A stretch of 64,000 nucleotides of DNA from the human T2T-CHM13v2.0 reference genome, Homo sapiens. The stretch lies in assembly GCF_009914755.1 (NCBI RefSeq), contig NC_060929.1, one strand, 5' to 3'. Shown one piece after another: positions 38,719-53,275 of the stretch (the first letter of the stretch is position 1; the number at the start of each line of letters is the position of its first letter). The notes under the pieces are model-generated. The model saw nothing but the letters and a program-made list of their open reading frames with translations. It ran no database searches and was not told where the DNA came from. A program made the translations under genes and the position numbers.

Positions 38719-39320
38719 TTTAAATTTTTGGTGCTAATGTAAATGGTATAGTAATTTAAACTTCAAATTTTGATTGTTGATTGATGGTACATAAGAAGGC
38801 AATTTACTTTGTATACTAACCTTTTATCCTGCAACCTTGTTATATCCACTTATTAGTTCCAAAAGTTTTTGTTCTTGTTGTTGTTGATTCTTTGGGATTT
38901 CCTTAATAGACAATCATGCCATCTGTGAACAAAGACAGTTTTATTTCTTCCTTCCCAATCTGTATACTTTTCTTTTCATGTCTTATTGTATTAGCTAGGA
39001 CTTCCAGCATGTTGAATAGGAATGGCTAGAAGGGGCATCATTCCTTTATTCCTGAAATTAAAGGGAAAATAGTGGTTTTTTGTTTGCTTTACCATCAAGT
39101 ATGATGTTAGGTGTGGGGGCTTTGGGGGGTATATGTTCTTGATCCAGATCAAGAAGTTCTGCTCTATTCCTAGTTTACTAAAGTTTTTACCATGAGTGTT
39201 TGATTTTGTCAGATGCTCTTTTTGCATCTGTTGATATGATCATACGATATTTCTTCTTTAACTTGTTGATGTGATGAATTACACTAATAAATTTTTGAGT
39301 GTTTAACAAATCTTATATAT
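38719..39320 (-). mobile_element. L1 ORF2 RT-region fragment, probably continuing the L1MC at 28290-29470
   Basis: Antisense ORF2 'ttttatcctgcaaccttg...tattagttcc...atcatgccatctgtgaacaaagacagttttatttcttcc'; ORF 38991..39227. Confidence 0.85.
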
Positions 39321-39329
39321 TGTCCTATG

Positions 39330-39500
39330 TTTCTAAGACTTTAAAAACCTTTTATGTGTTGGTGACTTCTAAACTTATATCTCCAGCCTAGACGTATCTT
39401 CTACATGTCTGTCATTTCCTAACATTTTCTAAACTGAACTCCAGGTCATAGTTAACAAAAATGCTTCTCCTACAGTCTTTCTCATCCCAGTGAATGTAGA
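39330..39500 (+). mobile_element. L2 continuation
   Basis: 'ctttaaaaacc...ggtgacttctaaacttatatctccagcctagac' is the L2 text that follows the break at ~28270. Confidence 0.7.
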
Positions 39501-39896
39501 TTGTATTATTATATGGCCTCTTCCAGAAAGGGCTACAATCCTTGGCTCCTCTACAATGGAACTCAGGACTATAGTCACCAACATTTCTGTGCTTTTGCAA
39601 CATGCCTCTGGAGTGGAATTGGCACTCGGGAACAGCAGAAACATAGAAAAGTCAGAGACAGATGGCATACCTAGATTCCAAGACTATTGTACCACGGCAT
39701 GAACAACCAACAAAAGAGTGTGTGGAGACAGGAGTGTGGTATTAGAGTTCCTGAGAGAGCATAAGTTAAAAAATAGAAGTTTCAACCAGAGAGCCAAGAA
39801 TCTGCTTTACTGTGTGAACCCATCAGGCTTATTCCAGCAGGAATTTTCTGCATGAGATAACAAGTAAAGTTATCCCATGGCAAGAAAATTATAATT

Positions 39897-40026
39897 AAGG
39901 AGACCCTACGTTTCCTAGGGCAGTCTCAATACATGCCTGCTGTAGATTAGTTATTTATGTATCTTCAGTACCTTCTTTCACTTTCAACAGTGTCCTAATT
40001 TGGGTGATACATTATTTGGTTGCTTA
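39897..40026 (-). mobile_element. MER94-like hAT-Blackjack MITE
   Basis: 'ctttcactttcaacagtgtcctaatttgggtgatacattatttgg' matches the recalled MER94 reverse complement. Confidence 0.65.
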
Positions 40027-40429
40027 TTTATAACTCATGGGACATTAAAGGAAGTTGGATGGCTTCTGGAGATGGAAACTCCATGTGGAAGATTTGTGGG
40101 GAGGATCCAAACCATCTTCCTGTTTACATCAGGTCTTTGGTCTAGTAGTTTAGGGGAAGCAATGGAAGCAGGTTGTACTGGGTACTTCCATTTACTGAAA
40201 TCTCAACGTTATTTTAGAGTGGCATAAAATTGCTGCTAGGAAAAGAAAAAAATGACCTTTAAAATTAACTAGAAACATGAACGGAATTGAGATGTTTCAA
40301 AAGCTGAGAAATTGAACTATATTATGGAGAGTTGAATCTGGGAAAGGAAGCCTGGAGATTCAGACATGAGACCATATATCCCATTTTAAACTTGAGTGTT
40401 TAGTGCTGGTGTAGTTTTAGGAGTATGCA

Positions 40430-40615
40430 TAGTGTATACATATAATATATACACAATATACATATACATCCAGCATACATATATATGTACAGATATACAG
40501 ATACATGTAGTATACATAAAAGACAAAACACAAATACAATATATACAAATACATACAATACAAAATAATACAAATACATAATTACATAGAGATACATTTT
40601 GTATATTGTATGTAT
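40430..40615. repeat. TA/TACA-rich low-complexity tract
   Basis: Read directly from the sequence. Confidence 0.85.
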
Positions 40616-41344
40616 ATTGATGAAGTGTCCTTTCAAGTAAGTCTGGTAAAACCTCTGCTGAAATATGTTTGCTCTAGATGCCACATGCAATAAGACAGCA
40701 TTGAGTGCCCACACTAAGGGAATAAAATTAGAATTTATTATTGATTAAAGCCAAGGAACAGAGCTATATTAAGAAGCTGGTGGAATAAAAAAAAAATGAT
40801 GTAGCTCAGCAAAGATATGATGTTTTCTCCTCCCTGAACTTCCCCCCATTAAGGAGAGAATGGGAGTTGGACAATGATTCGGAGAGAGGCAGGGAGTGAC
40901 AATACTGGGCAAATGGGACTTGATGGCTTCCTAACTTTTCATGAGGGTTATATGCCTGTATTTACCCCTCAGAGGGATCAGATGCATCTTCCCCTGAAAC
41001 TCTTCTTCCCAATGCCTCTGGGTTAGTGCGTATGAGACTAGGAAATGCATCCAGGATAAAGAAGTGACACGAAAGTAGGGAAGTCTTCCTGAGAAGGTAA
41101 TGATCTCAGAATTCAATGTGGACCAGCAGAAGTACTCTTGTAGGAAGTAAGAATTTGGTTGATTCTAACCCTACTGGAAACAAGAAAATAAAAATTGGTT
41201 GATTATTGGAGGCAAGATGAAGCAGGTAGAAAGAGACAGCATATAGTCTTGTAAGGAAAGAAAAAAAAAAAAAACAGAGGGGCTCTACTAAGCAGGCTGG
41301 GTAAGTAAAACTTCTATGTGTCCGTTGGGTGGGGTGGGTCCCAC

Positions 41345-41560
41345 CAGAGCAGACTACTGGAGGTGGTCTAGGTGAGAGCTAATTGTGCATATCTCTTTCC
41401 ATCTCCACATTCAGTGAGATCATGTTGGTAGCTTGAAATTAGCCATGGTGAAAGTATTTAGTGTTCATGGTGTGGAAATAGGCAAATGATGCAAATCAGA
41501 GTTTGCTTTTGAATAATTCTCCCAGAGAACTGATTGTTAAGTATTTATCAACACACCATT
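41345..41560 (-). mobile_element. MER63-type hAT MITE
   Basis: 'ttcagtgagatcatgttggtagcttgaaattagccatggtg..agtattta...ttgttaagtatttatcaacacaccattg'. Confidence 0.8.
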
Positions 41561-44500
41561 GGGTCTCAGACTCTTTGCTGATAGAAATCAGAAATTCACA
41601 TGTTGAATTATATTTTGTATCATCATGAGCTCTTAAGCTTATCTGTTAACTTGCTTTGTTGACAGAAAAACTGGTATGACCTTACTCCAGAGTGACTGAA
41701 GGAGGTCTGTCGTGTAAGTCTACCAAGGCCCAGTATTTAATTCTGGGTCAAAATCAGGGCATTTCTGCCTTGGGATTGCTCGAGCTTCAGAATAACCCTG
41801 TCGTGAACTTAGTGCCCTGGGTATTTTTTTGCTTCTGAATGGCCAGATTGTTTATCTGGAGGTGAGAAGGCTGGAGAAAAACAATAGTGTTACCCTTTTT
41901 GAATTTCATTGCGTGCCAGAAAGTCTGTGGTTGGTAGACAGCCTTATTATGCCAGTCTCTCAGGGGATTATTTCTGAATTTCAGAACTATTTAAAGAAAC
42001 ACAAAGCCCTAAAATTTTATATGAGTATGACAAAATGCAATTTGATGCTGATTAGGTTTTGTCAGGACCTTAAGCCTAAGTATGTAGTGATTTTGCACAC
42101 AGCTGTTAACCATTCTTTTAATACTGTTGTTTAAATATTGGAAAAAGTCACTGCTAATTGTAAATAGAAGACTCACATGGACAATAAAAAAAAAACTGTT
42201 TAACTTTCTTAGAGTAAGTCTGTAGGACACAGAACAACTCCAGTATTTTCATACAATAAGAAGCCATATGTTTGGTATAAAAAAAGAAAATAGCATCTTC
42301 TGTTTATGAGAGGTAAAATTAGTGTTGAAAAAATATGCATATCTAAATTGACACTTTCAGGAGGCAATTAGCCATGTAGGATGGCAGCATCTAGCTGAGT
42401 GGAGGCTTCTGGAGTTAATATTATATTTTGGAGGTAGAAACAGCAAAGAGGCTAGTTTACTTATGAACCACAAATAACTTAATAGAGACTGGATTGTTAA
42501 GAGGCAATCTGATGTAATTTGCTTTTAAATTTAGTCATCAGAACACACAATAACTATTATTTGAAGCTCCTGATGCTTTGGGTTTGGGAGTACTCACATC
42601 TATCTTTGATTTCACCATTCTGTGTTTCCTTTGAGTGGCCTGAGAATAGTCAAGGTTTTTAGAGATTTCTTACTTCACAAGATCTCCATAGCTGGAGAGG
42701 GCTGATGTTGAAGTTGGCTACTCTCAGTTATTTTTGTCTTCTCTTAAGCCATATGAAATTCTTCCAAACTCAGGTGGGGGATGAGGAAATATGTGAGAGA
42801 AGCAAATGGAAGCTGAGCCCTGTTTTAAGTGTCTGCATGCATTTGTGTGTCCAGTCATTTATCTTCCCCCTTTACTTTAACAAATATTTTAAGGAAGCAT
42901 TAAAAAAATACATTTAAAATTGGAAAAATTAAATGAGACAATAACAGCAGTGCGAACATGTGCACAGACATTGTCAATCCCATGCCCCACCAGTGTCATG
43001 CCCCTGCGACATCACTGCCACTGCTGGTGCAAGTGCATGCAAGAATGCTGCCACTCTGCTCTTGCCATTGCCCTTCCCCAGCAGACATGTATGTACCCCA
43101 CCATGCTGCTATAGTTGCTGGAATGATTGAGCACACATCCTGCTGCCACTGTCCTGCTGAAGCACTTTGGCTGGCACCCCCCTTCAGTGTTGTGGCCAGT
43201 GGATTGGGAATGGATAAGTGCCTCCAGCACAGCAGGTTGCTAATCTCAAGGGGCTAGAAAACAAAGCCAAGGGCCTGGTACCAACCACCCAGAATTGGAG
43301 CATGAAGCCTAGGAGTGTTGAACTGAGACTTGGCTCCCTAAAATCTTCTAGAAATGAAGCCAGTCAACAAAACACCCCCTCTCCTTTATATCACAATTAA
43401 ACCCCCAATGACATCAACTAAGATAAAAGAAAAATAACCTTATCCAAAAGATAGCAACTTTAAAGATTGATGGAACATCAGCCCACACAGACAAGAAAGG
43501 AACAGCACAACAACTCTGGCAACTCAAAAAGTCAGAGTGTCTTCTTACCTCCAAATGACAGCACTAGTTCCCTACGAGTTCTCAATCAGGCTGAAATGGC
43601 TGGAATGACAGACACAGGTTTCAGAATACAGATTAGGAATGAAGATCATTGGGATTCAGGAGAAAGTCAAAACCCAATCCAAGGAATATAAAGAATATAA
43701 TAAAATGATAAAGGAGCTGAAAGACAAAATGGCCATTTTAAGAAAGAACCAAAGTAATCTGATAGAGCTGAATGACTCACTTCAAGAATTTCATAATACG
43801 ATTGCAAGTATTAACAGTAGAATTGACCAAGCTGAGGGAAAAAATTTGTTTGAAGACCAGTTCTACGAAATAATTCAGACAAAATTAAAGAAAAAAATAA
43901 TTAAAAAATGAACAAAACCTATGAGAAATAGGAGCTTATGTAAAGACAGCAAATCTACAACTCACTGGTGTCCCTGAAAGACACCAGTGGAAAGACAGCA
44001 AGCAACTTGGAAAATATATTTCAGTATATTGTCCATAAGAATTTCCCCAACCTCACTAGAGAGGCCAACATGCAAATTCAGAAAATGCAGAGAACTCCTG
44101 CAAGATATTATACAAGACAACCATCCACAAGTCATCATATTTTCCAAGGTCAAAATGATAGGAAAAATGTTAAAGGCACCTGGAGAGAAGGAGCAGATAA
44201 CCTACAAAGGGAATCCCAACAGGCTAACAGTGGATCTTTCAGCAGAAACCCCATAAGCCAGAAGAGATTGGGGGCCTATATTCAACATTCTTAAAGAAAA
44301 GAAATTCCAACCAAGAATTTCATATCCAGTGAAACTGAGCTTCATAAGTGAAGGAGAAATAAGGTAAAAGATCTTTGTCAGATAAGCAAATGCTAAGAGA
44401 ATTCATTACCACAAGACCTGTCTTATGAGATGTCCTTAAGAGCATGCTGAATATGGAAAAGAAAGACGATTACTGGCCACCACAAAAACACACAAGTAAG

Positions 44501-44725
44501 TGGTCCGTTGACATTATAAAGCAACTACACAATCAACTCTGCATAATAACCAGCTAACAACATGACAGGATCAAATCTGCACATATCAGTATTAACCGTG
44601 AAAGTAAATGGGCTAAAAGCCCCCAGTTAAAAGGTACAGAGTGGCAAGTTAGATAACTGTATGCTGTCTTTAAGAGGCCATCTCACTTGCAATGGTATCA
44701 ATATGCTCAAATTAAAGGGATGGAA

Positions 44726-45393
44726 CACTGATAGATATATACCAAAAGAAAGGAAATCAGTATATCAAAGAGATATCTGAACTCCTATGTTTGCCGCAGC
44801 ACTGTTTACAATAGCTAAGATTTGAAAGCAACCTAAGTGTTCATCAACAGATGAATGGATAAAAAAAAGTGATACGTATATATAATGGAGTACTATTCAG
44901 CCATAAAAAGTAATGAGATCCAATCAATTGCAGCAGCATGGATGGAACTGGAGGTCATTAAGTTAAGTGAAATATGCCAGGCACAAAAAGATAAACATTG
45001 CATGCTCTTACTTATTTGTGGGATCTAAAAATCAAATCCATTGAACTCATAGACATAGAAAATACAACGATGTTTACCAGAGGGTGGGAATAATAGTGGG
45101 GGCCTAGGGAGGAGGTTGGGATGGTTAATGGGTACAAAAAATAGACTGAATAAGACTTATTATTTGATAGCATAACAGGATGACTATAGTCAATAATAAC
45201 TTAATTATACATTTTAGAATAATGTAATTAGATTGTTTGTAACTCAAAGGATAAGTGCTTGAGGGGATGGATACCCCATTCTCCATGATGTGCTTACTTC
45301 ATATTGCATGCCTGTATCAAAACATCTCATAAATATATACACCTCCTCATAAATATATACACCTCCTTTGTACCCAGAAAAATTTAATTTAAA
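44726..45393 (+). mobile_element. 5'-truncated L1MA1-like insert within the L1PA16 ORF2
   Basis: 3' UTR 'gtttgtaactcaaaggata..tgcttgaggggatggataccccattctccatgatgtg'; 17-bp TSD AAATTAAAGGGATGGAA (44709-44725 / 45394-45410); 20-bp tandem duplication at 45326-45365. Confidence 0.93.
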
Positions 45394-47151
45394 AAATTAA
45401 AGGGATGGAATAAAATCTACCAAACAGAAAACAGAAAAAAGCTAAGCTAATTTCAGACAAAATAGACTTTAAAGCAACAATAACAAAAGACAAAGAAGGG
45501 CATTACATAATGGTTAAAAGTTCAATTCAACAAGACCTAACTATCTTAAATATATATGCACCCAATACAGGAGTGCCCAGATTTATAAAACAAGTTCTTA
45601 GTTCTTTGAATCCTACAAAGAAACTTAGATAACCACATAATAATGGTGGGAAATTTAAACATCCTCTTGACCGTATTTGACAGATCATCAAGGGAGAAAA
45701 CTAACAAAGATATTTGCAACCTGAACTTGACGCTTGACCAAATGGATCTAACATATATCTACAGAACTCTCCACTGGAAAACAAAAGAATATTGTTTTCT
45801 GTGCATTTTCTTCTCATCATTCTCCTCATCTGCACATGGTATATACTCTAAAGTTGATCACACAATCATCCATAAAACAATTGTCAGCTAATTCAAAACA
45901 ACTGAAATCATACTAATCACACTCTCAGACCACAGCACACTAAAACCAGACATTAATACTAAGATCACTCAAAACCCTACAATTACTTGGAAATTAAACA
46001 ACCTGCTCCTGAATGACTTTTTAGTAAATAATGAAATTAAGGCAGAAATCAAGAAACTAATGAGAAAAAGGATACAACATACCAGAATCTCTGGGACACA
46101 GCTAAAGCAGTGTTAAAAGGAAAGTTAATAGCACTAAACACCCACATCAAAAAGTTAGAAAGATCCCAAATTAACAACCTAACATCACACCTAGAGAGAC
46201 TAGAAAAACAAGAGTGAACAATTTCAAAGCTAGCAGAGATGAGAAATAACCAAAATCAGAACTGAACTGAAGGAAATTGAGACATAAACAGACTTACAAA
46301 AGATCAATGAATCCAGGAGTTTCTTCTTTGAAAGAATAAATAAGATTGGTAGACTGCTAGCTAGGCTAATTAAAAAAAAAAAAAGAAAAGATCCAAATAA
46401 ACACAATAAAAAATGACAGAACATTACCACCAACCCCACGGAAATACAAAAACCCCTCAGAGACTACTATGAACACCTCTATACAAACACACTAGAAAAC
46501 CTAGAAGAAACGGATAAATTCCTGGAAACATACAGCCTCCCAAGATTAAACCAGGAATAAATAGAGTCCCTGAACAGACCAATAATGAATTCCAAAATCA
46601 AATCAGTAATAAAAAGCCTACCAACTACGTAAAACCCAGGACCATATTTATAGCCAAATTCTACCAGATACATAAAGAAGAGCTGGTGCCATTCCTACTG
46701 AAACCATTCCAAAAATGTGAGGAGGTTGGACTCCTCCCCAGCTCATTCTAGGAAGTCAGCATCATTCTGACACCAAAACCTGGCAGAGTTACAACGAAAA
46801 AGGAAAGCTTCAGGCCAATATTCTTGATGAACATTGATGCAAAATCCTCAATAAAATGCCAGCAAACCAAATCAAACAGCATATTAAAAAGTTAATTCAC
46901 CACAGTCATGTAGGTTTTATCCCTGGGATGCAAAGTCATTTTGACATATACAAATCAACAAATGTAATTTATCACGTGAACAGAACTAAAAACAAAAAAC
47001 CATGTGACTATCTCAATAGGCGCAGAAAAAGCTTTTAATAAAATTCAACATCCATTCATTTAAAAAACCCTCAACAAACTAGGCATCAAAGAAACATACC
47101 TCGAAATAATAAGAGCCACCTATGACAAACTCAGAGCCAACATCATACTGA

Positions 47152-47772
47152 ATGAGCAAAAGTTGGAAGGATTTCCCTAGAGAACTGAAACAACACATGG
47201 ATGTCCTCTCTCACCACTTCTCTTCCATAGTACTGGAAGTTCTAGCCAGAACAATCAGGCAGGAGAAAGAAATGAAACACATCCAAATAGTAAGAGAAAA
47301 AGTCAAACTATCTCTGTTTGCAGATGATATAATTCTATACCTAGGAAACCCCATAATCCCTCTCAAAAAGCTCCTGGATCTAATAAGTAACTTCCACAAA
47401 GTTTCAGGATACAAAATCAATATACAAAAATCAATAGTATTTCTATACACCAACAATGTCCAAGCTGAGAGCCAAATCAAGAACTCAATCTCATTCACAA
47501 TAGCTACAAAAAGAATAAAATACCTAGGAATACAGCTAATCAGGGAGGTAAAAGATCTCTACAATGAGAATTACAAGATACTGCTGAATGATACCAGAGA
47601 TGACACAAACAAATGGAAAAACATTCCATGCTCATGGATAGGAAGAATTAATACTGTCAAAATGGCCATAAAGCCCAAAGCAATTTACAGATCCAGTGAT
47701 ACTCCTATCAAATTACCAATGAGATTCTTCACAGAATTAGACAAAACTATTTCAAAATTTATATGGAACTAA
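47152..47772 (+). pseudogene. L1 ORF2 reverse-transcriptase fragment (longest ORF in the window)
   Basis: '[12 protein letters not shown]' catalytic motif, 'KVSGYKIN', 'IKYLGIQL'; bounded by stops and frameshifts. Confidence 0.93.
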
Positions 47773-49835
47773 AAAAGAGCTTGAATGGCCAAAGTAAACC
47801 TAAACAAAAAGAACAAAGCTGGAGGCATTCCATTACCCAACTTCAAACTATAACACAAGGCTACAGTAACCAAAACAGCATGGTGCGGGTACAAAAAACA
47901 GACATGTAGACCAATGGAAAAGAAGAGAGATCCCAGAAATAAAGCTGCCCACCTACAACTATATGATCTTTGACAAAGTAGACAAAAACAAGCAACAGGG
48001 AACGGAATCCCTATTCAATAAATAGTCTTGGGATAACTGGTTAGCCATATACAAAAGATTGAAACTGAACCGCTTTCTTACACCATATGCAAAAATTAAT
48101 TCAAGGTGGATTAATGGCTCAAATGTAAGTCCTAAAACTATAAAAACCTGGAAGATAACCTAGATAATACCATTCTGGACATAGGTGAAGGTTTCATAAT
48201 GAAGACACTGAAAGCAATTGCAACAAAAACAAAAATTGATGAATGCTACTAAACTTAAAAGCTTCTGCACAGCAAAAGAAACTACAAGCAGGGTAAACAA
48301 ACAACCTATAGAATGGCAGAAAATATTCACAAACTATGCATCCAAGAAAAAGCTAATATATAGCATCTGTAAGGAATTTAATTCAACAAGCAGAAATCAA
48401 ATAACTCCATTAAAAAGTGGGCAAAAGACATGAACAGACACTTCTTAAAAGAAGACATACAAGTGGCCAAAAAATATATTAAAAAACCCTTAACATCATT
48501 AATCATCACATAAATGCGTATCAAAACCACAATGAGATACCATCTCACACCAGTCAGAATAACTATAATTAAAATATCAAAAAATATCAGATGCTGGGGA
48601 GGCTGTGGGGAAAAGGGAATGTTTATACACTGTGGGTGGAAATGTAAATTAGTTCAGCCCCTGTGGAAAGCAGTGCATGTGCATGTTCATAATAGTTCTA
48701 TTCACTATAGCAAAGACATGGAATCAACCTAAATGCCCATCAATGGTAGACTGGATAAAGAAAATATGGTACATATACATCATGGAATACTACACAGCCA
48801 TAAAGAGAATGAGGTCACGTCCTTTTCAGCAACGTCAGTGGAGTTGGAGTCATTATCCTAAGTGAACTAATGCAGGAACAGAAAACCAAATACTGCATGT
48901 TCTTACTTAGAAGTGGGAGCTAAACATTGAGTACACATGGACACAAAGAAGGGAACGATAGACACCAGGGCCTACTTGAGGATGGAGGGTGGGAGGAGGG
49001 TAAAGATAAAGAAACTACCTACTGGGTACTATGGTTATTACTTGGGCGATGAAATAATCTGTACACCAAACCCCTATGACACACAATTTACCTATATAAC
49101 AATCTGCACATGTACCCCTGAACCTAAAAGTTAAAAGTCAAAAAACAAAAAATAAATAAATGAGACAATGAGACAAATAAGTGTAAGGAATATTAGTAAT
49201 CTATAGTTCATGTACATGTTCATGTACATGTACGTGTTCACCAGAGATGGAGCACACACAACTCTCAGCTCTCCAGGATCCAGCACTAAAGCAAAACATG
49301 ATTGGCTTAATGTCTTAGAATGTCCATAAAACAATACAAACCACTTGCTCAGAAAAAGCAAAGCTATTCCTACCACTAGAAAGATTTCTCTTCTGGATCC
49401 TCTTAAAGAGGACGCTGTAAAATCCCAAGCAAAATCCTCAGCAGCATCCTTACAGCAAATGAGCTGTAGGTTTTTGTAGGTCTCTCACTTGGCAGTGTTT
49501 TTCAATGTGGGCTGACATCATCATGCCAAAATGGAATTCTAGAAACAAATGTAGATGGGTAAGGCCACTGTGGTGCAAGCAGGCACAGAGCTGTCTGATA
49601 ATCTAGCTTAATGTAAGGGCAGATTTTATGGTTTTTAGCAAATGGATAGGCAGAATGGAGGGGCTGAATATCCTTTGGGTAATTCTCCATAAATAATATA
49701 CCTCTCAGATGGAATTTTGGTAAGTATAGTGGGGCAGTAAATTCAGTGTTAGCTTCCCTGACAGGTAGCCAAATTATAGAGACTCTGTAACTATAGTATT
49801 GTATTTAATTTTATCCTATGAATGGTCCTTGGAGT

Positions 49836-49871
49836 TATTATTTTGAAGGAACATATTATTCTGAAGGAACA
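49836..49871. repeat. 18-bp tandem duplication
   Basis: TATTATTTTGAAGGAACA followed by TATTATTCTGAAGGAACA. Confidence 0.85.
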
Positions 49872-49990
49872 TAAGAGTCAAGGGGCAGTGAGTAACCTGT
49901 GCTGAGAGTAGAAAGCTAGTGTGAGGGAGCTTTGAAGGGTAAATGTGAGTTACAGTCTGGCTGAGAAATCTCTTAAGACCGTAAGCTTTA

Positions 49991-50294
<304 letters not shown>

Positions 50295-50642
50295 AAAAAG
50301 AAAACCTCTAAAGGCAGATTAAGAGATGGCAAATTATCAAGGTCTGTTGAAAGCAAATTGAACTTAACTGAAATAAACCCGAATTACACAAACTTATTCT
50401 TGAAAAGAATTAATAAACAGGCTAAAGTGGAGAAATGTACTGGAGCAAATGACATGTTAAGGCTAAGTAAAATCGATACCAAACACTTTGTCTTGGTCAC
50501 TCCGGTTGGTTGGTAAGTAGGCAAATGAGTGCAGAGAGTGGGGAGTGGTATATGGAATGAATTGTGCAGGAGTCAGACCAGAGGACTGAGGGAGACAGTT
50601 TCTGGAATGCTATGTGTGAAAGTGGAGAGACTGGATTTCCCA

Positions 50643-51000
50643 TATCTTAGTTCATTCAAGCTGCTATAAGAGAATACCATAGACTGGGTAGCTTATAAAC
50701 AACAGAAATTTATTTCTCATGATTTTAGAGGCTGGGAAGTCCAAGATGAAGTACCTGGCAGATTTGGTATCTGCTGTGTCTTGGTTCATGGATGACCATC
50801 TTCTTTCAGCATCCTCACATGGCAGAAAGGGGCAAGAGAACTCCCTGGAGCCTATTTTATAAGGACATTAATCCCATTCATGAGGGCTGTGCCCTTATGA
50901 CCTAATTCCTTCCCAAAGGCCCCACCTCCAAATACTCTGAAATTGGGGATTATATTTCAACATATGAATTTTGGGGGACACAAACATTCAGTCTTTAGCA
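50643..51000 (-). mobile_element. MLT1A0-like MaLR solo LTR
   Basis: 'tcttagttcattcaagctgctataa...ccatagactgggtagcttataaacaacagaaatttatttctca...gggggacacaaacattcagtctttagca'. Confidence 0.92.
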
Positions 51001-51037
51001 CCCATCTATGTTGAATGAGTTACCTGTTCTGAGGCTC

Positions 51038-51472
51038 TGCTAGGAGTTGAACTGTGTCCCTCAAAATTCATATGTTGAAGTCCTAACCTCCAGTGCCTCA
51101 GAATGTGACCTTATTTGGAAATAGGGTTGTTGCAGAAGTAATTAGTTAAGATGAGGTCATCCTGGAGTAGGGTAGGCCTCTAATCTAATATCACTGGTGA
51201 CCTTATGAAAGGGAAAAATTGGACACAATGACACACAGGGAGAATACTGCATGGAGACAGAAGGAAGTTATTTTGTCACAAGTCAAGGAGCTGCCAGAAG
51301 CTCGGAGAGAGGCCTAAAACAGACCCTATTCTAGTGCCTTCTGAGAGAGCATTTCCCTGCTGATATCTTGCTCTCAGACTTCTGGCCTCTAGAACAGTGA
51401 GACAATACATTTCTGCTATTCAAGCCACTCAGTTTGTGGTATTTGTTACCTCATCACTAGGAAATGAATGCA
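51038..51472 (+). mobile_element. MLT1B/C MaLR solo LTR
   Basis: TG...CA termini, 'cctcagaatgtgaccttatttggaaataggg', perfect TSD GGCTC. Confidence 0.92.
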
Positions 51473-53117
51473 GGCTCCCATGGGGTATCCCCCAGCCTGA
51501 TTCTGGGTTTCCTACCTCTCTGAGTGGGTTCAGAAGACAGCAGAAATCTGGAGGAAGACCCCTGGTCAGGGAACCTGCAGGCAGTGTAGAAAGAAGGTGA
51601 TAGATTAGCAGGGTGCTAGTTTGGGGCAAAAACTGAAAGGGCAGGCTGTGTATGACAGGCAGTCAACCATTTAGCAGGTGGAAGGCTTTTCCTGGGCAGC
51701 AGAATCAGATATCATGTAGCAAAGACTGGGCCTAGAAGTAAGGGGTAAAAGTTTGGGAATGCCTACCCCGCTGGGCATGCGACCACCGCAGAGGTGTTGA
51801 ATCAGCAGAGACTGTGAGGACTCTTACCAGGAAATGTGAAAGCTGGAATCCTGTGGGTGGATTTTTGGAGTTTCTGAGATGTCTTTGTCAGTTATTTAAA
51901 CTCACAGAATGCGATAAATTTATTGATTACATATCAAAACCAAAACTGGTGATGATGTGAACTGAAGAGAGAAGGAAGAAAATTCAAATGTACACCCACT
52001 CACACACATACACACTGCAAGTTAAGTTCTACAAATTTGATGTTTTTTGGAGTTGGACCTCAGACTTACGTTTAGACCTATAAATTCCCCCTATATTTGA
52101 TTTTCTGCTCTCATTTCCTCTATGTTCACCTCTGATAAAACTGACAGTCATGGGGTTTGTATATGGTCAAGGGAGCTCTGCTACATTTTGTTAGAGGATC
52201 TGGTTAATTGCCAGGGTTTCATACTTAATTGGTATTCTGGAAAGTACCTTGGGATTTCCTTTTGAAATTAAATCTTTGCATCTAAAACATGTGTTTTCAT
52301 TATCGCTTTATTGATACCTTATGCAAAAGTGCCAGATAGACAGTGTAAAGAAAAAATGATAAATTATCACAAAAGAAAGTCAAAATGTTATTTCTTAGGG
52401 TATATAAAACAATGCTACATTTCAACATGGCTATAAAAATTGAAGGTTAACTGCAAAAGATAAACAGAGAAAAATAGGTGATTGGATGATTAACTGTAGC
52501 ATAAAATATGCAAGCCTAGTTTAGGAGTCATGATAAATTGGAATGTTACTTTTATTGAAGATAAGGATGAAGAGAAATAGAAAAAAGATTAAATAAAACT
52601 ATTTCTTTAGAGATGGAAAATAACCAGTTAATAGGTTGAAGATTCAAGAAAGAAGACTAAAGGATCCACTGAAATTAAACAAGAAAAATGACTACATAGC
52701 ATAAACAATACTTAATATTGAATTTTAACATGGTTGTCATATTATCCTGTATTTTCTCTAAATTTGAAAACATGACAAGATAATATGCATTTCCTGCATA
52801 AACTTGTGTAGCACTTAAAAAATATCTACATGAGTAGACAAAGCCTTAAGCAATGTGGCTTCATGTGAAGGTAGGTAAAATGGTGAGATTAAAAGGCTCG
52901 CTGATTGCTTGTCAATCATTTGGAGGCCCATTGGCAGAAGAGGCACTAGACCTCTCTTACTCTTCCTGCCTAGCTAGCTTCTTTTCTGCCTCTCGTTTGA
53001 TAACCACATGATGCTTCAACTCTCCTTAGGTTGAAGAAATAGGTCTATTGAATCCTACAAACCACACAGAGACAGAAAGGATGTGTATCAATGTATTGTA
53101 ATATTTCACAAGAAAAT

Positions 53118-53275
53118 AGGTTTTAGGTTTCTCACCTACCACTAGTGTGACCTTGAGATGTTAGGTACCCTATATCTCACTCAGTTGTAAAATGAGGGTA
53201 ATACATATTTCACCTGGTAATCATAAGGATTAAATGAGATTGTGTGTACATATCACTTGGTACATAGATCCAATT
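53118..53275 (+). mobile_element. MIR
   Basis: 'actagtgtgaccttgag...tgtaaaatgagggtaata...aggattaaatgagat...cttggtacatag'. Confidence 0.8.

Larger units (their letters stand above)
42943..49156 (+). mobile_element. L1PA16/15-like LINE-1, truncated within the 5' UTR, inactive
   Basis: ORF1 remnants (43639..43911, 43987..44256), ORF2 start ATGACAGGATCAAAT at ~44562, PA16-type 3' UTR; 13-bp TSD TAAATGAGACAAT (42930-42942 / 49157-49169). Confidence 0.93.

Noticed and set aside
47152-47772. 206-aa reverse-transcriptase ORF as a novel RT system or domesticated gene
   Set aside because: It is an ordinary L1 ORF2 fragment in a dead copy with stops, frameshifts and an insertion in the endonuclease region.
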